DNA from: Octopus bimaculoides | Taxonomy: Eukaryota | Assembly (NCBI RefSeq): GCF_001194135.2 | Contig: NC_068989.1 | Coordinates: 32,710,792 to 32,774,791 of the forward strand | Direction of reading: 5' to 3' | DNA length: 64,000 nt | Shown: positions 14,115 to 28,492 of the stretch, one piece after another | Position numbering within the stretch: the stretch's first letter is position 1 | Layout of the letters: each line of letters starts with the position of its first letter | Notes under the pieces: generated by a model | Told to the model about the DNA's origin: nothing | Database searches by the model: none | The model's input: only the letters and a program-made list of their open reading frames with translations | Translations under genes and position numbers: made by a program

Positions 14115-15557
14115 TATACTCTTTTACTTGTTTCAGTTATTTGACTGCGGCCATGCTGGAGCACCGCCATTAGTCGAGCTAATCGACCCCAGGACTTATT
14201 CTTTGTAAGCCTAGTACTTATTCCATCGGTCTCTTTTGCTGAACCGCTAAGTTACGGGGACCTAAACACACCAGCATCGGTTGTCAAGCGATGTTGGGGG
14301 GGGACAAACACAGACACACAAACACACATACCCACATATATNNNNNNNNNNNNNNNNNNNNNNNNNNNNNNNNNNNNNNNNNNNNNNNNNNNNNNNNNNN
14401 NNNNNNNNNNNNNNNNNNNNNNNNNNNNNNNNNNNNNNNNNNNNNNNNNNNNNNNNNNNNNNNNNNNNNNNNNNNNNNNNNNNNNNNNNNNNNNNNNNNN
14501 NNNNNNNNNNNNNNNNNNNNNNNNNNNNNNNNNNNNNNNNNNNNNNNNNNNNNNNNNNNNNNNNNNNNNNNNNNNNNNNNNNNNNNNNNNNNNNNNNNNN
14601 NNNNNNNNNNNNNNNNNNNNNNNNNNNNNNNNNNNNNNNNNNNNNNNNNNNNNNNNNNNNNNNNNNNNNNNNNNNNNNNNNNNNNNNNNNNNNNNNNNNN
14701 NNNNNNNNNTATATATGTGTGTGTGTGTGTGTGTGTATGTATACACACACACACACACACACACCATCATTATCATCATCATCATTGTCCTATAACTGCT
14801 TTTTCATGCTTGCATGGGACAGAGAAAATTGTTTGAGTCACATTTCTATGGTCTGTTGCTTTTCCTGTCACCAACCCTCACCTGATTCTAAGCAAGGAAA
14901 TCTTTCCACATAGCCAGGTATTTTTCCATGGAAGACTGGAACTGAACTACATTGGCTGTATGATGCTGATGATGATCATGCACGTGCGCGTGCACCCACC
15001 CACCCACACCCACACACCCACGCCTGTTTTTAAATAATGATCAGAGAGAAAGCAATCAGTATGAGCCTAGATTGCAGCAGGTCCAAGAATTTGCATGGTT
15101 TGTTGTCACTTCTTCAAACAAGTCAGACTGAATGAAAGGACACATTATACCATGCCAATAGTAGAAGCAGTGTGAAAAGTAAACAGTGCATACTAACAGT
15201 GGTAGTGACAACAGTAAAAGTAACAGTAGTAAAAGTGATAAAATTGATACAAATAGTAATAATCGTACCACAGTGGCTGCTGCTACTACAACTACTACTG
15301 CTGCTGCTGTTGCTCCTGCAAATGATAATAATGGTTTCAAATTTTGCCACAGGGGCGGCCATTTTTGGGGAGAGGATGTGTCGAATACATCAACCCCAGT
15401 GTTCAACTGGTATTTAATTTATCGAACTTGAAATGAAGAAAGGCAAAGTCAACCTTGGTGGAATTTGAACTCAGAATGTGAAGATGGATGAAATGCTGAT
15501 AAGCATTTTGCCCAGCATGCTGACAATTCTACCAGCTCTCCATCTTACTACTACTAA

Positions 15558-15803
15558 TCTATATACATAAAACTGAGAATGTCTGTCTGTATGTGTGCAT
15601 CACTAAGACTCGAGAACTACCCAACCATTTTCATTCAAATTTTACACATGACTTACTTAGGGCCCATGCAGTGTCATGGGCCCCAGAAATGTTGAACTTC
15701 TTGCCTAATGCAAGCCCAAAACAATCTCTTATCTCTTACACTGTTTTGGTATTACGTGTCAAAAGTGAAACAATAATATCTCTATTGTAAAATGATATAC
15801 TAG
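15558..15803 (+). mobile_element. Possible non-autonomous Helitron
   Basis: A|TC start followed by tatatacataaaa...tgtctgtctgtatg and CTAG|T end; internal palindrome gggcccatg...catgggccc; no clear subterminal hairpin. Confidence 0.4.
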
Positions 15804-15844
15804 TTTCGCTATTATATGGTTTCAATTTCAATTAGTTTCACACA

Positions 15845-16170
15845 TCATCATCATTATCATTGTTATTTAACGTCTGCTTTCCATGCTGGTATGGGTTGGA
15901 TGGTTTGACTGAGGGTTGGCAAGCCAGAAGGCTGCACCAGGCTCCAATCTGATCTGGCAATGTTTCTACAGCTGGATGCCCTTCCTAACGCCAATCACTC
16001 CAAGAGTCTAGTGGGTGCTTTTTACGTGCCACCGGCACGAGGGCCAGTCAGGCGGTACTGGCATCAACCACTCTTGAATGGCACATTTTACGTGCCACCG
16101 GCACAGGAGCTAGTCAAGCAGCACTGGCAACGACCATGCTCGAATGGTGCTTTTTACATGCCACTGGCAT
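15845..16170 (-). mobile_element. RTE-family 3' end, (ATC)n tail on the left
   Basis: catcatc...tttaacgtctgctttccatgctgg...cagctggatgcccttcctaacgccaa. Confidence 0.75.
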
Positions 16171-17366
16171 ATATATGTAAGAATTAATAGCAGACATATC
16201 CAATTTAAGAAAAGTGAAGATAAAGGCTAAGTGAAGAAGTATGGAATAAGTAATTGCTTTACGCTTATAGAAAAACAATTTATATTATGGAATAGATACA
16301 TACCTGTTGAAGACAAAAATCTGTGTGAGAGCTATTGTATTGGACGTGTGTATAATCATAGAGAAAGTGAAAGACATATGAAATGGACGTGTGTGTGTAT
16401 TTTGCGGCTAATTTGGCGGGAGTTTTGCAGTCAGCAGGTGGTGGTTTGTGTTTAATCTCTCGATCAATGACCGGAGAAGTGAAAATATTTTATTAATGTG
16501 TTTTGGAGAAAGGGGATCTTTTCAAGAGACATGGACAGTTTTATGACTGAACTTCTTTTGAAGTTGGCGTGAGACGGAAGAAGTGATGTGCGTGTGTATG
16601 TCTGTGTGTGTGTGTGTGTGATGGTGTGTGCAAGACAGAGAGAGTAATGTTGATGGTGTGTGGGTATATGAGAGAGAGAGAAAGAAAGAGAGAGAGAGAG
16701 ATAACTGAAATTTTCCATTCAGTTTTTGTAGTAAGTGAATGTGTGAGTGATTGACAGAGAAAAACTGAGAGAGAGTGGTTATGTATGTATGTATGAATGG
16801 CTTCAGTGACACACTCGCACGCATGCACGCAGGGTGTTTTAATTGATTTTCTTGGTAACTATGGGTGCTAGGATAAAAATACAAAGTGCGTTCCAATCTA
16901 TTCATCTGTCTCCACATGTATGCCATTTTTCACGCGAATCCACCCAAAAGTTTGGCCATGAACCTCAAGACAAGAAAGAATACAACTGTCGCCCATGTTC
17001 AATTTATATTATAGAAAATATATACTATAGCCTCAGATCGACCAAATCCTTATGAGTGGATTTCATACACGGAAACTGAAAGAAAACTGTTGTACGTATG
17101 TGTATATTTGTGTGTGTGTGTGTGTGTCTGTGTTTGTAACCTCACCATTGCTTGACAACCAATGTTGCTGTGTTTATGTTCCCATAACTTAGTAGTTCGG
17201 CAAAAGTTACTGATAGAATAAGTACCTGGCTTACAAAGAGTAAATCCTGTTGCTGATTTGTTTGACCAAAGTCGGTGCTCCAGCATGGCTGCAGTCACAT
17301 GACTGAAACTATTAAAACAATATAAAAACTATGCCATTTTAATCTCGAGTAAAGCCGTGTATCTCT

Positions 17367-17375
17367 GCTAGCAGC

Positions 17376-17451
<76 letters not shown>

Positions 17452-17482
17452 ATGATAATAATAATAATAATAATAATAATAG
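17367..17482. repeat. Compound trinucleotide microsatellite (GCA)n(GTA)n(ATA)n
   Basis: Read directly from the sequence. Confidence 0.95.
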
Positions 17483-19251
17483 TGGTTTCGAATTTTGGCA
17501 CAAGTCCAGCAGTTTCAGGGGAGGCAATAAGTCGATTATATCAATCCCAGTGTTCAACTGGTACTTATATTGTGGGACGACCTAGATAGACAGATAATAT
17601 AAGCACAAGGCCTGAAATGTTGGGGAAAGGGTTAACTGATTCCATTGATTCCACTACTTGATTGGTACTCTATTTTATTAACCATGAAAGGATGAAAAGT
17701 AAAGTTGACCTTGACAGGATTGGAGCTAAGTACATAAAGAGCCAGAGGAAATGTTGTTAAACATTTTGTCCAACATGTCAACAATTTTGCAACTAGCTGC
17801 CCTAATAACCCTGTAGCCAAGAAATGCCAGAGTGACATTCAGTGGGATTAAGTCATGTCTCATGGCCAGGAGGGGTCTTTAGCCTTGATAGGTGGCCCTC
17901 CTAGTAATGGTGTCATGAAAAAAGAACTTATGGGAAGGAAATCCCTCACAAACCTAACTCATTAATGAAAGAATGCAAAATACTAATTCAAATAATGGCA
18001 TAAATGTGATTGGAATAGAGATAAAGATGCCTTGCCTGACATCTGTACCTCTGGTTCCCACTGTATGGCAGTAGCAATGAAAAGAGGCAGAAGTGGAGCA
18101 AGTAGATAAATGCTATTCTCATGGATTGCAATCCAGTTAATGAAATTGCATGGCAGCATTCACCTGGGAAGCATAACTCTTGTAATGCCACTATCTGGTA
18201 TTCAAAGGATGCCATTGAGCCCTCAAGCTTTCTCACCTTCCAAACAGTTACCCACCTTTTTGGTCCCTTTGCCAAAAGAATCTCCATCAAATTTTGTAAT
18301 GTCTTCTTTCTCCATCTTCTAAACAATGTCTCTGTGTGCCACTGTTGAGAAAGACTTCACTATCACTGCCCACTCTACATCCAATTCCATGCTACCCTTG
18401 GACAACCCCATCCAAATCTGCCCCACTTTCATTCCAGTCAGTTCTTCACCCTTCTGACTTCCCTCCCACTAATATGGAAATACCTTCAAGTGTAACTGTT
18501 ACTGCTGCTGCTGCTGATGATGATGATGGTATCAGTGCAGCAGTCTTTCCTGTTCATACTGGTTTAATCATTAGTATATCAATACTTCTTGAACTGAATT
18601 GTGCTCCAATTTTCATACAAAATAATGTTTCAGATTATACCTAACCCAATCTTTGCATGTTTTTGAGTATTCAGAAAATTCTGTCATTACAAATGACGAA
18701 TCATTGTCAATCAAGTTGAAATGCCACTAGACATCTTTTGCACATATTTATTAAATTATTAAGGTATTGTATACTCGATGATGCTATTAGGTTTTGGAGA
18801 TGTCTTCTACCCCTCTTCATTTTTTCAGACATTTATGTTGAGCATAAATGTTCCAAATTTCTTCAACTTCTGTCAATAAGTTATTGGTGATGTCTGACTC
18901 CTTTTGTCAGTAAATAAATCATTGGCACCTGTTCTGGCAGTGTTTTTCTATATATAGCTAGTGGGAAGATGAGTTGCTGCTATCTCTACTGGTCAAGCAT
19001 CCATCATTGACAAGACCAAGGAAGGTCAAAATAACACAATCTGATATGGCACTGAAGGTGGTAGGGGTTTATCTCCTCACTAGCAATATAAGTGAGAGTG
19101 CATTTTGCACCAAAAACTAATGTGGGAGTTTCTCTCGTGGTATCTACTGTAGTAAAGATTGTTCTGACTGAGCATCCTTGTTTAAGTGGGCATAAATATT
19201 ACTTCTTTTTGTACTACTTTTAAATGAAGTTTTTAATTGTTTTCCTTATAG

Positions 19252-19369
19252 TCTTCATGATGTGCTACACAGTGAGAAAAAGTTGACACTTGTCTTTGAA
19301 TACTGTGATCAAGATTTAAAGAAATATTTTGACAGTTGCAATGGAGAAATTGATTTAGATACAGTCAAG
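19252..19369 (+). CDS. CDK5: CDK5 coding exon (118 nt; [39 protein letters not shown])
   Basis: ccttatag acceptor, AAG|GTAAAA donor; phase joins the previous exon (CG+T = Arg); contains gatekeeper/hinge VFEY. Confidence 0.97.
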
Positions 19370-19634
19370 GTAAAATGATATTCACCAACAATTTATTTAG
19401 TTTTATAATATTATATCTTTTATTTGAACATGAAAAGATAAATTGACTAAAAGAAAAAAATAATAAATGTATAAAAGATTAGATAATTGAAAAATTAAAG
19501 CAATCTTTCATTTTAGAAAACCAGAAATATAACCAGAAATCAACTGCTGAAACAGCAACCCCTAACATTCTTTCAACAAGACAGAAAAAGAAGAAGGGAG
19601 ATATGAATGAAAGAAATATATATATATATTTGAA

Positions 19635-20551
19635 TGGTGACGACTGCTGCTCTCATCTTGCAGTTGTTTTTAGTGTAAGAGACAGAGAAAAAAATAGGGT
19701 TTGCAAAGAAATAAAAGTGAAGGAGAAATTTTCTTCAAGGGGAGAAAATCGCTGAGAGAGAGAGAGATTTTTTTTATATACTTATTCAATGTTTCTATAT
19801 AATTCATTCTTATTTGGGTTTTTTTTGCAAGTAGATGCAGATATTTTTGGAAATTATCAATGCAGTGTAACTTGAAATAAAACTACATGGTCATCTAAGC
19901 ATTTAGGAACTATATAAACGATCGACTCTACTTTTCTTTTTATTTTAAAATAGTGTAGAGAAAAGCTGTGAGAGGAGGGGGATTAAAAACCTGTAAGTTA
20001 CTTGCAATAGAGATTACCATTAATATTATACAGAGTACAATCGGTATTTTCTATTTCATCTACTTTTAACAGTGGAGGAGAAGAGTTTGATTGATAGATA
20101 GATAGATAGATAGAAAGTCTTTTACACGTGTAAGATTTCATTCTGGGTGTCTTTCAAAGGTCTTATTTTATTTTTCCCATTTATGATTTTTTTTTCTTTT
20201 CCAGTGCATATTTGCCTTGTTTGTTAGTCCTTCATGTTGATACAATTACTGTTTTTTCTACAAACTACATGAATCTCTCTTTTGTTCTTTTCGGGTGCAA
20301 ATGTGGGATCTATGATCATTTTTCCTATGCTATATAACACATCAGGATGATTTCAGATTAGTTTCCAATCTTTCATCTTGCCACAGCATGTTTCCATCAG
20401 TTTATTGTGTTGCATTCAGATTTCGAACATTGTTTAACAAACACATGTGAAATTTGACTGGTGACGACTGCTGCTATCATCTTGCGGTTGTTTTTAGTGT
20501 AAGAGGCAGAGAGGAAAATAAGGTTTGCTAAGAAATGAAAGGGAGAAATTT
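19635..20551. repeat. Diverged ~95-bp direct repeat (19635-19731 and 20459-20551)
   Basis: First 54 nt differ at only 3 positions (tggtgacgactgctgct.tcatcttgc.gttgtttttagtgtaagag.cagaga). Confidence 0.9.
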
Positions 20552-21698
20552 CCCATTCTTATTGAATTACCTTCTATATTTGTTCCAAGAAACTGTTTTC
20601 TGCTTTCAGTATCAAGAAAAGTTTTGGTTGCTCTTCATTAAATTCTACTAAGTCAGCTATGAAAAACTAATGAAATAATGAATATAGAGTTTATATTTTA
20701 GAGTACTTAATTTTTTAAAAATATTTGTTAAATGAATGAATAATTAAAGTACTGGATCACTGGCCAAAGATTATTAGTTCAAATGTATCATTGGCATTTT
20801 TTTGTATCTTTAGGGAAGTAGTCTCAGCTACCATTGCATGATTGCATTGTTGAACGGGTCTTTATGTCCTAAGTTCAAATCCTACAGAGGACAACTTTGC
20901 CTATCATCCTTCTGGAGTCAATGAAATAAAGTACTAGTCAAGTACTGAAGTACAACCTTCACTCTGCTCAGCTATTATGTCTTCGACATTCCACTGGGTC
21001 AAGGATAGAAGGGTCAAAAGGGTATCTCTGAGTGGGCACCTAAAAAAAAGAACAATACCAAAAGGCAGATATATATATATTCTGAAGGTATAGCTTTATT
21101 TCTTTTCTTTTTTATTCCAAAAAGTTGAAATGAACCTACACTAACCTATTTAGTGAATTAATATTTGCTTTGTTTATTTTCTTTTTTTTTATGTTAGATA
21201 AATCTGCTAACAACCTTTTCATAATTTCTTTTGTGAGGTATTGTTATTGTCTCTAAATATGTTTTTCTATGTATTACTTGATGGCTTTGCAAATATGGAT
21301 ATTTCAATGAACTGCAAAATTTTACTTGAAATTACTTGAAATAAAGTAGCTATACAAAGTGGGCTTGAGAAGAGATGGTATGTAGGTTGCTTGTTTAGAG
21401 GAGCAGAAACCACTATAGTAGCAAAAATAACCAGAAGAAGCAGAATATGGGCTAGTGATTGAAGCAGATTAGGGAAAGTATCTTTGTCATCTAGTAAGAG
21501 GAGTTTTTTAAATGTGGTTTGGGATATTTGAGTGTATAATATTACCACCTCTAATATGCAGGATGTTTCATGTAGTTTCTACATGATCACTTGCTGACAC
21601 CCTCATTTTTAAAATCTGATTGGGGTATCTATTTCATGTGTGGATAATGACCATTTGCAGAAGGGTAAGGAGAGGCAGGCAGTACTATCTGTTTAGAC

Positions 21699-24600
21699 CA
21701 TAGCTTCCCAAAGTGGGTGATATCACCCACTGGTTGACGATTTCAACTTAGAGGTGGGTGATGGGTGAATTTCTGAAAAGTAGTGGGTGATGGGTGAATT
21801 TCTGGAAAGTGGTGGGCAATTTGAGATCTTGGTAGGCAGTGTGAACATTTTGTGGGTGACAAAGAATTTTTAGAAATTAAATCTACATTTGCTTATATCT
21901 AAGCATCCCTAGAATAAGGATGCACTTTTATCGATTTGACTACTTGCATGAGACATCCCTTTGTATTAAAAAAGTGGACTTGTTTATCCATTGAATATTT
22001 TTGTCACACAGTCATTGAGATGGTTGTCATGTGTGCTAAAAATAGCAGCCAAATAGGCTTAGACTCCACCACAATTTTTTTTTTTTTTTCATAATCATAT
22101 GAAGTCCCACATGTAGAATACAGATTTGCAAAAATTTTCTGAAAACTCCAAAAAATAAAAAAATTATGAGGGGTTATAAGTCAAGTGTAATTCTACAGTT
22201 TCATATCAAAACATAAGTGCTATTTTCAGGATGTTGACAAAATGTGCAGTCACACACAAAATGACAGATTTGAAATTACATTTCTTGACTGGGTGAAAAT
22301 GATAAAATATTAAACCTCTAAAACTTTGTAAAAACATTTTTCTGGAAAAAGTTTAATAACTCCAGCAATTTAGCTTGGAAAGGTATATTAACGTGCCAAA
22401 TTCTAAAATTTTCGATAAACTTTAATTTTTGAAATGCTGGCAGCCAAACAAACTAGATCCATATTTGCTCCAGTAAAGACGTGTCATCTGACACTTCTCT
22501 ATTGACTTCTCTTTGGGAATAGCACTACCTTCCTGACACCATCCATAGAAATTCGTTTTCAAATTTTCACTTTACTGATGCCTCCAGTCAAGAAAATTGG
22601 TCCACAACACAGCAGTGATTATTTATCGTTTGGATTTATTCCCTCTCCTCAGAACTGTCAATTACCAATGTGCCTTCTTTGCCATCAAACATTGACCAAC
22701 AAAGCCATGAAATCTTTACGCTTAAAGTATCATTTTGATGCAAAGCATTCTGACAAGAAGGACAAGCCATTATCATACTCTTTGCAACTGAGCACCTCTT
22801 TCAAAAAGCAAACACAAACATTCAACATGCTACTCCAGGAAAGTAGTAAGTAGGAGACTGATGGGGTGATTGCATCGTACAACATTGCATTGCTTGTTGC
22901 TAAGTCTGGGAAGTTTCACACAATTGGAGAAATATTACTTCACCTGGTTATTGAAGAGGTTTTGTCAACCGTTATGCACAAACAAAAATGATAATATTAT
23001 GAAGAAGATCCCACTTGGTAATAATATGATTTCTCGGCGTATCAATTAACTGGCCAATGATGTCAAACATCAGCTCATTAATATCCTCCAGCATTCTGAA
23101 TTTTCTATACAACTGGATGAGTCAACTGTTGTGGACAATCAGTGTTTGATGATGGTATCATCATCATCATCACCATTTAACGTCCATTTTCGATGCTGAC
23201 ATGGGTTGGACAGTTTAACTGAAGTCTGGAGAGCCAGCAGCTGCATCAGGCTCCAAACTGATCTGGCAATGTTTCTACAGCTGGATGCCCTTCCTAACAC
23301 CAACTACAAGAGTGTAGTGGGTGCTTTTTATGTTCCACTGGCACAAGAGCCAGTCAGGGTGTACTGGCACCAGCCACGTTCAGATGGTGCTTTTTATGTT
23401 CCACTGGCACAGGAGCCAGTCAGGGTGTACTGGCACCAGCCACGTTCAGATGGTGCTTTTTATGTGCCACTGGCACAGGAGCCAGTCAAGGGGCACTGGC
23501 CACAGCTATGATATTGGTTTTACTTTACAGGTCTTCTCAAACATATATCACATGATGCATCAGGAGTACTTTTAACTGGGCCAAATATGAGTGGCTGTGA
23601 TCTCACTTTAGTTGCCAGGTGTTCTCAATCACTGCATATCTCCAAAGGTCTCAGTCTCCTATCATTATCTCTGTGAGGCCCAATGTTTGAAGGTCATGCT
23701 TCACCACCTCATCCCATGTCTTCCTGGGTCTACCTCTTCCATAGGTTCCTTCCACAGTTAGGGAGTGGTACTTCCTCATGCAGCTGTTTTCTGTACATCT
23801 TCAGTGTTTATTGCCCATGGGCGTCTGCCACACACAAAAAGTATTTTCCCTGTTAACCTTCCTTTGATATTGCTGCACCTTTTATGTGTCCATAGCTTAT
23901 ACTAGGTACATAGTATGGAGTTTCTACCCACATCTTTTCTACAGATCAAGCAGGGCCATCTACTTGAAGGGGATTGTGGCTTGACAGCCTTCCTACTTAT
24001 TAAGACTTTGGTTTTTGCGAGATTAACCCTAAGGCCCTTCGATTCTAGAACTTGCTTCTACACTCTAAACTTTGTCTCTAGTTCTGGCAATGACTCAGCT
24101 ATTAGGGCAAGTTCATCAGCATAGAGGAGCTCCCAGGGGCAGCCTGTCTTGAATTCCTCTGTTATTGCCTGGAGGACTATAATGAATAAGAGGGGCTGAG
24201 GATTGATCCTTGATGAACCCCTACTTCTACTCAAAATTCTTCTCTATACTCGTTACCAACCCTCACCTCACTGACAGCATCCCTGTACAGGGCTTGTACA
24301 GCTCTTACCAACTAATCATCTATCCCCAGTTTCTGCATTGACCACCAGATAAGGGACAAGGGCACCCTGTCAGAGGCTTTCTCCAAGTCAACAAAACCCA
24401 AGTATAGAGATTTATCTTTGGCTAGATATTTCTCCTGCAGTTGCTTTACCAGAAATATAGCATCAGTGGTGCTTCTGCCTGGCACAAAACCAAACTGCGT
24501 CTCATCTGGGCTAACTCTCTCCCTAATTAGTTGGGCTATGACACTCTCTGTAACTTTCATCACCTGATCCAATAATTTGATACCCCTATAGTTATTTCTA

Positions 24601-26863
24601 TCTAAAGCATCACCTTTACCCTTGTAGCGGTTGACTATGATGCTGCTACACCAGTCAATGGGTTTGACTCCTTCACGAACTACCTGATTTACGATGCGGG
24701 TGACAAGACCATAACCCACACCGCCTGATATTTTAAGCATCTCAGCGATGATTCCTGATGGGCCAGGTACTTTCCCTGTCTTCATATCCTTAATTGCTTT
24801 TTCTACCAGGGTACTGTTGATTTGGGTAGCTGGTCCCTTAATTGGGTTGACCTCTGGCAGCCTTTCCTCCCTTTTATTCTCTACATTCAGCAGTCTTTCA
24901 TAATGGCATCTTTAAGCTTCTTTCTTTGCAGAATCATTAAACGCAAAGGCACCATCATCCATGTGGACACATTTCTATCCTATGACATCATGGTTTTCTC
25001 TCACATACTGTCTTGCAATCTGAAATACTTCAGTTCTTTGGTCCTCACGTTGCTGAACATTGGCAAACTTCTTCTTTTCTGCTACTCTCTTGGCTATATA
25101 TACCTGTCTCTTAGCTTTCCTTTTAGCTATATGATACATTCTCCTGCTACCCCCACTCTAGCTTCCTTTTTGGCCATGTTCGGTATTTCAGCGAAGACTT
25201 TCAATCTTGTGAGGAAATGCTGTTCACAGAGAAATTGCCACTTGATTCAAAAGGTGCAACTATTTTTCACACTCTCAAGTCTTTCCTTTTTGAACATAAT
25301 ATCCCACTCAGTACTATTCTTGCCTGTGCATCTGATGGAGCCCTTTTGATGATAGGAAGATACAGAAGTTTTTCATCTCTCTTAATGTGTGAAATTTCCC
25401 ACCAGATACTAACTGTTCATTGCTTGGCACACTAGCAGCATTTAGTGGCGAAAAATACGAACGGTAGATTGAATGTACACTACAGTTAGTTATCAAGACT
25501 GAATAAATTGAAGTCCAGTTCCTTGTCTGATCAAATTTTCCATCAACTCTGTCTGAGAAATGATGAGGGCTGTACTAAACTTTTACACCATACCGAAGTG
25601 CGGTGGTTGTCAAAAGGAAACTGTGTTTTACGGTTTGTTGAACTGTTTCATATAATCATATCTTTCTTTGAAGCTACTCAGCTATCCACTTCATTGATGG
25701 CTGCAAGGTGTGATATTATTTTTTGTTTGTGATATATTCACAAAATTAAATGATTTGAATAGGTTATTATAAGGAACCAGAAAAACTCTCGTTGATTGTA
25801 AATCATTCATCACTACCTTCATGTCAAAATTGGTGTTGTATAAAACTAACATTTCTAAATGTCAATTCCATCANNNNNNNNNNNNNNNNNNNNNNNNNNN
25901 NNNNNNNNNNNNNNNNNNNNNNNNNNNNNNNNNNNNNNNNNNNNNNNNNNNNNNNNNNNNNNNNNNNNNNNNNNNNNNNNNNNNNNNNNNNNNNNNNNNN
26001 NNNNNNNNNNNNNNNNNNNNNNNNNNNNNNNNNNNNNNNNNNNNNNNNNNNNNNNNNNNNNNNNNNNNNNNNNNNNNNNNNNNNNNNNNNNNNNNNNNNN
26101 NNNNNNNNNNNNNNNNNNNNNNNNNNNNNNNNNNNNNNNNNNNNNNNNNNNNNNNNNNNNNNNNNNNNNNNNNNNNNNNNNNNNNNNNNNNNNNNNNNNN
26201 NNNNNNNNNNNNNNNNNNNNNNNNNNNNNNNNNNNNNNNNNNNNNNNNNNNNNNNNNNNNNNNNNNNNNNNNNNNNNNNNNNNNNNNNNNNNNNNNNNNN
26301 NNNNAATCTGGTTTTAGCCATGTTGGAACTTTACTTTCCCATAAAAGAATTGGACTGGATGTGACATAATGAGGAGACTCGCAGCAAAAATCGATAAGTT
26401 TGAAACCGCATGTGTCTGCACTAGCTGCATTGCACCAGACACATGGTTCTCATTAAAAAGTTGTATTCTTTTCCTATATAATACAATCATTAATTATTTT
26501 TGCATTGGTAGTTCTGATCAATGGTTCATTTGGGGAAAATAAAAATCAGTGTAAAAGAAAGCACAAGTTTACCGAAGTTAATCTGTCAGCATAATATAGA
26601 GTTAACATTAGAATTTTATTCACACTAATGGCAAAACTAAACACACAATAAGGGATTTGTAAACAACTGCATATTTAGTCCAAACAAAACTAACTGGGCA
26701 ACAAGTCTACGATATAGTGTGTGTTAAATGATACAAGTGTGGTTCTCCTCGAGGATTTAGTGTTGGGGGTGTCAGGTTTTTTTACATAGGTGGATGATGG
26801 AGCATTTTTTAGCTGATAGGTGGGCAATATTGCAGTTTGGTGCAAAAAGTTTGGGAAACACTG
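21699..26863 (+). mobile_element. hAT transposon (Buster/Charlie-like), decayed, carrying a nested RTE insertion
   Basis: BED finger MCLLC..LTNKAMK..LKYH, SIQLDEST, SDGA, HCLAH, EVRWLS; TIR catagcttcccaaa / tttgggaaacactg (11/14); 8-bp flanks gtttagac / ttttagat. Confidence 0.88.
23159..25175 (-). mobile_element. 5'-truncated RTE LINE nested in the hAT transposase
   Basis: (ATC)n tail at 23159, 3' UTR, GRPRKTW remnant, RT ORF 24312-24785; removing it rejoins the transposase as LMMV-YVRYF. Confidence 0.9.
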
Positions 26864-26959
26864 TTTTAGATGTTTATTGTTAGAAATAGAAGATTGTTAA
26901 TATATAGAAGTATAAAAGTGAGGCACCTCAGTGTTGATAGACTATAGATCGACATTTAA

Positions 26960-27179
26960 CCCTTTAGCATTCAGATTTCTCTGCCAGATGTAATGCTTAT
27001 TTATTCATATTATTTTGAATTAATTGTGCATTATCTCATACCTTCCAGATTCCAATGATGTGATTGTATATTTTTAAAATGACATTGTAGAGAAGGTATA
27101 AAAGGCTAGATTTGGCCACTTTGAACATCAGACAAGTAGAATATTTTCGCTTGGTATGGCCAGTTTAAATGCTAAAGTG
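26960..27179. mobile_element. piggyBac-like MITE (same family as 13232-13415)
   Basis: TTAA flanks at 26956-26959 and 27180-27183; ccctttagcatt / aatgctaaagtg termini. Confidence 0.75.
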
Positions 27180-28150
27180 TTAAGAGATTTGTGATGGTTT
27201 TGTTAAAACCATCCAATGCAAAATCTGGCTTTGCTAAGTGATCTTTATGTGTAGTGGATGAAGGCCTTGTTGATGGCGAGGTCAGTAACATTGATTTCAC
27301 TTAAGTTTTGTGATGTGTAGGAAAGCACATTTCCAGTTGGTTTAACTTAATGAAAACTGAAGTAGTTAACTGTAAGTAGAGAAAGAAAATCAAGGTGATA
27401 AAAGAGATGGTTGCTTTTGAGTTGTTGAAAATGAAGGTAATAGGTTAATAATTTACCTGTTCAGTAATTTGCTACAACACACAGTTGTGTGTGGATCACT
27501 CAGTGTTTTAAAGTACAGAAAAAAGGATTTCAGTGATCTGCTTAGCTATCTCAGGTAGGTCAGTGGTGCAGCGCATTTTTTGTGTAGAGTAGTTAGTGTA
27601 GAACTAACAGAAACCTGAGCAGTCTGGTTACTTGAAGCATCAGAGGATTTGTTTTGTGAGGTAAGCTACTGAGCTGTTGATTGCCTTGATCAATTAGCTG
27701 TTCCATTAAAGATAATACTGCATTCTGTTGGTTACTTTTGTGTAACTTTCTTGCTGTTATTTTCTGTGAAATCTAGTTTCAATATTCCCTTATCTATGCT
27801 GTTATAATTGGTATTTATTTGCTCATGCAACATTTGTATTGTTTTTAGATTATTCTTTGATTATGTCACAGAAATGGAGATATCTTTTGAATTTCAAAGA
27901 CAGAATGTAAAATTGTCATTTGTCAAATGATAGTGAGAAACTTTAATTTTTGAAAGTATTGATTTAACTATCTGATGTTTGATTATCTAAATCAGTTTTC
28001 ATAATGATTATACTGATTTCCTGAAGGTGATAAGTGTTACTGTTTGCTAATTGTACATTTAAGAAATATAAAATTGTTTCAATATTTAAAGAATCATATA
28101 AGAAAATCTAATTCACCTACTTTAAGTTATTTATATTAATATGTTTTTAA

Positions 28151-28267
<117 letters not shown>

Positions 28268-28492
28268 TGATTATCTTGAAAATTCAAATATCATATATAT
28301 GACTTTTGCTACTCTAAAAGAAACAGTATGTCCAATAGCTATTAGTTTAGTTTTGTAAACCTTTTATCATTAACTGAATCTATCTCTTGCATAATGTTTT
28401 GTATGCTTACCTAGTTTAGTGTTGAGACTATGATCATTTTGTTTTTGTATTTGATTTGTGAATTCATCTGTTGAAACAAATCTTATTGAGTC

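Noticed and set aside
20228-20272. Possible duplicate or mutually exclusive copy of the 96-nt CDK5 exon (tag|TCCTTCATGT...CAATTA)
   Set aside because: Similarity is limited to about 24 nt, the frame stops after SFMLIQLLFFLQTT, there is no HRD motif and no good donor
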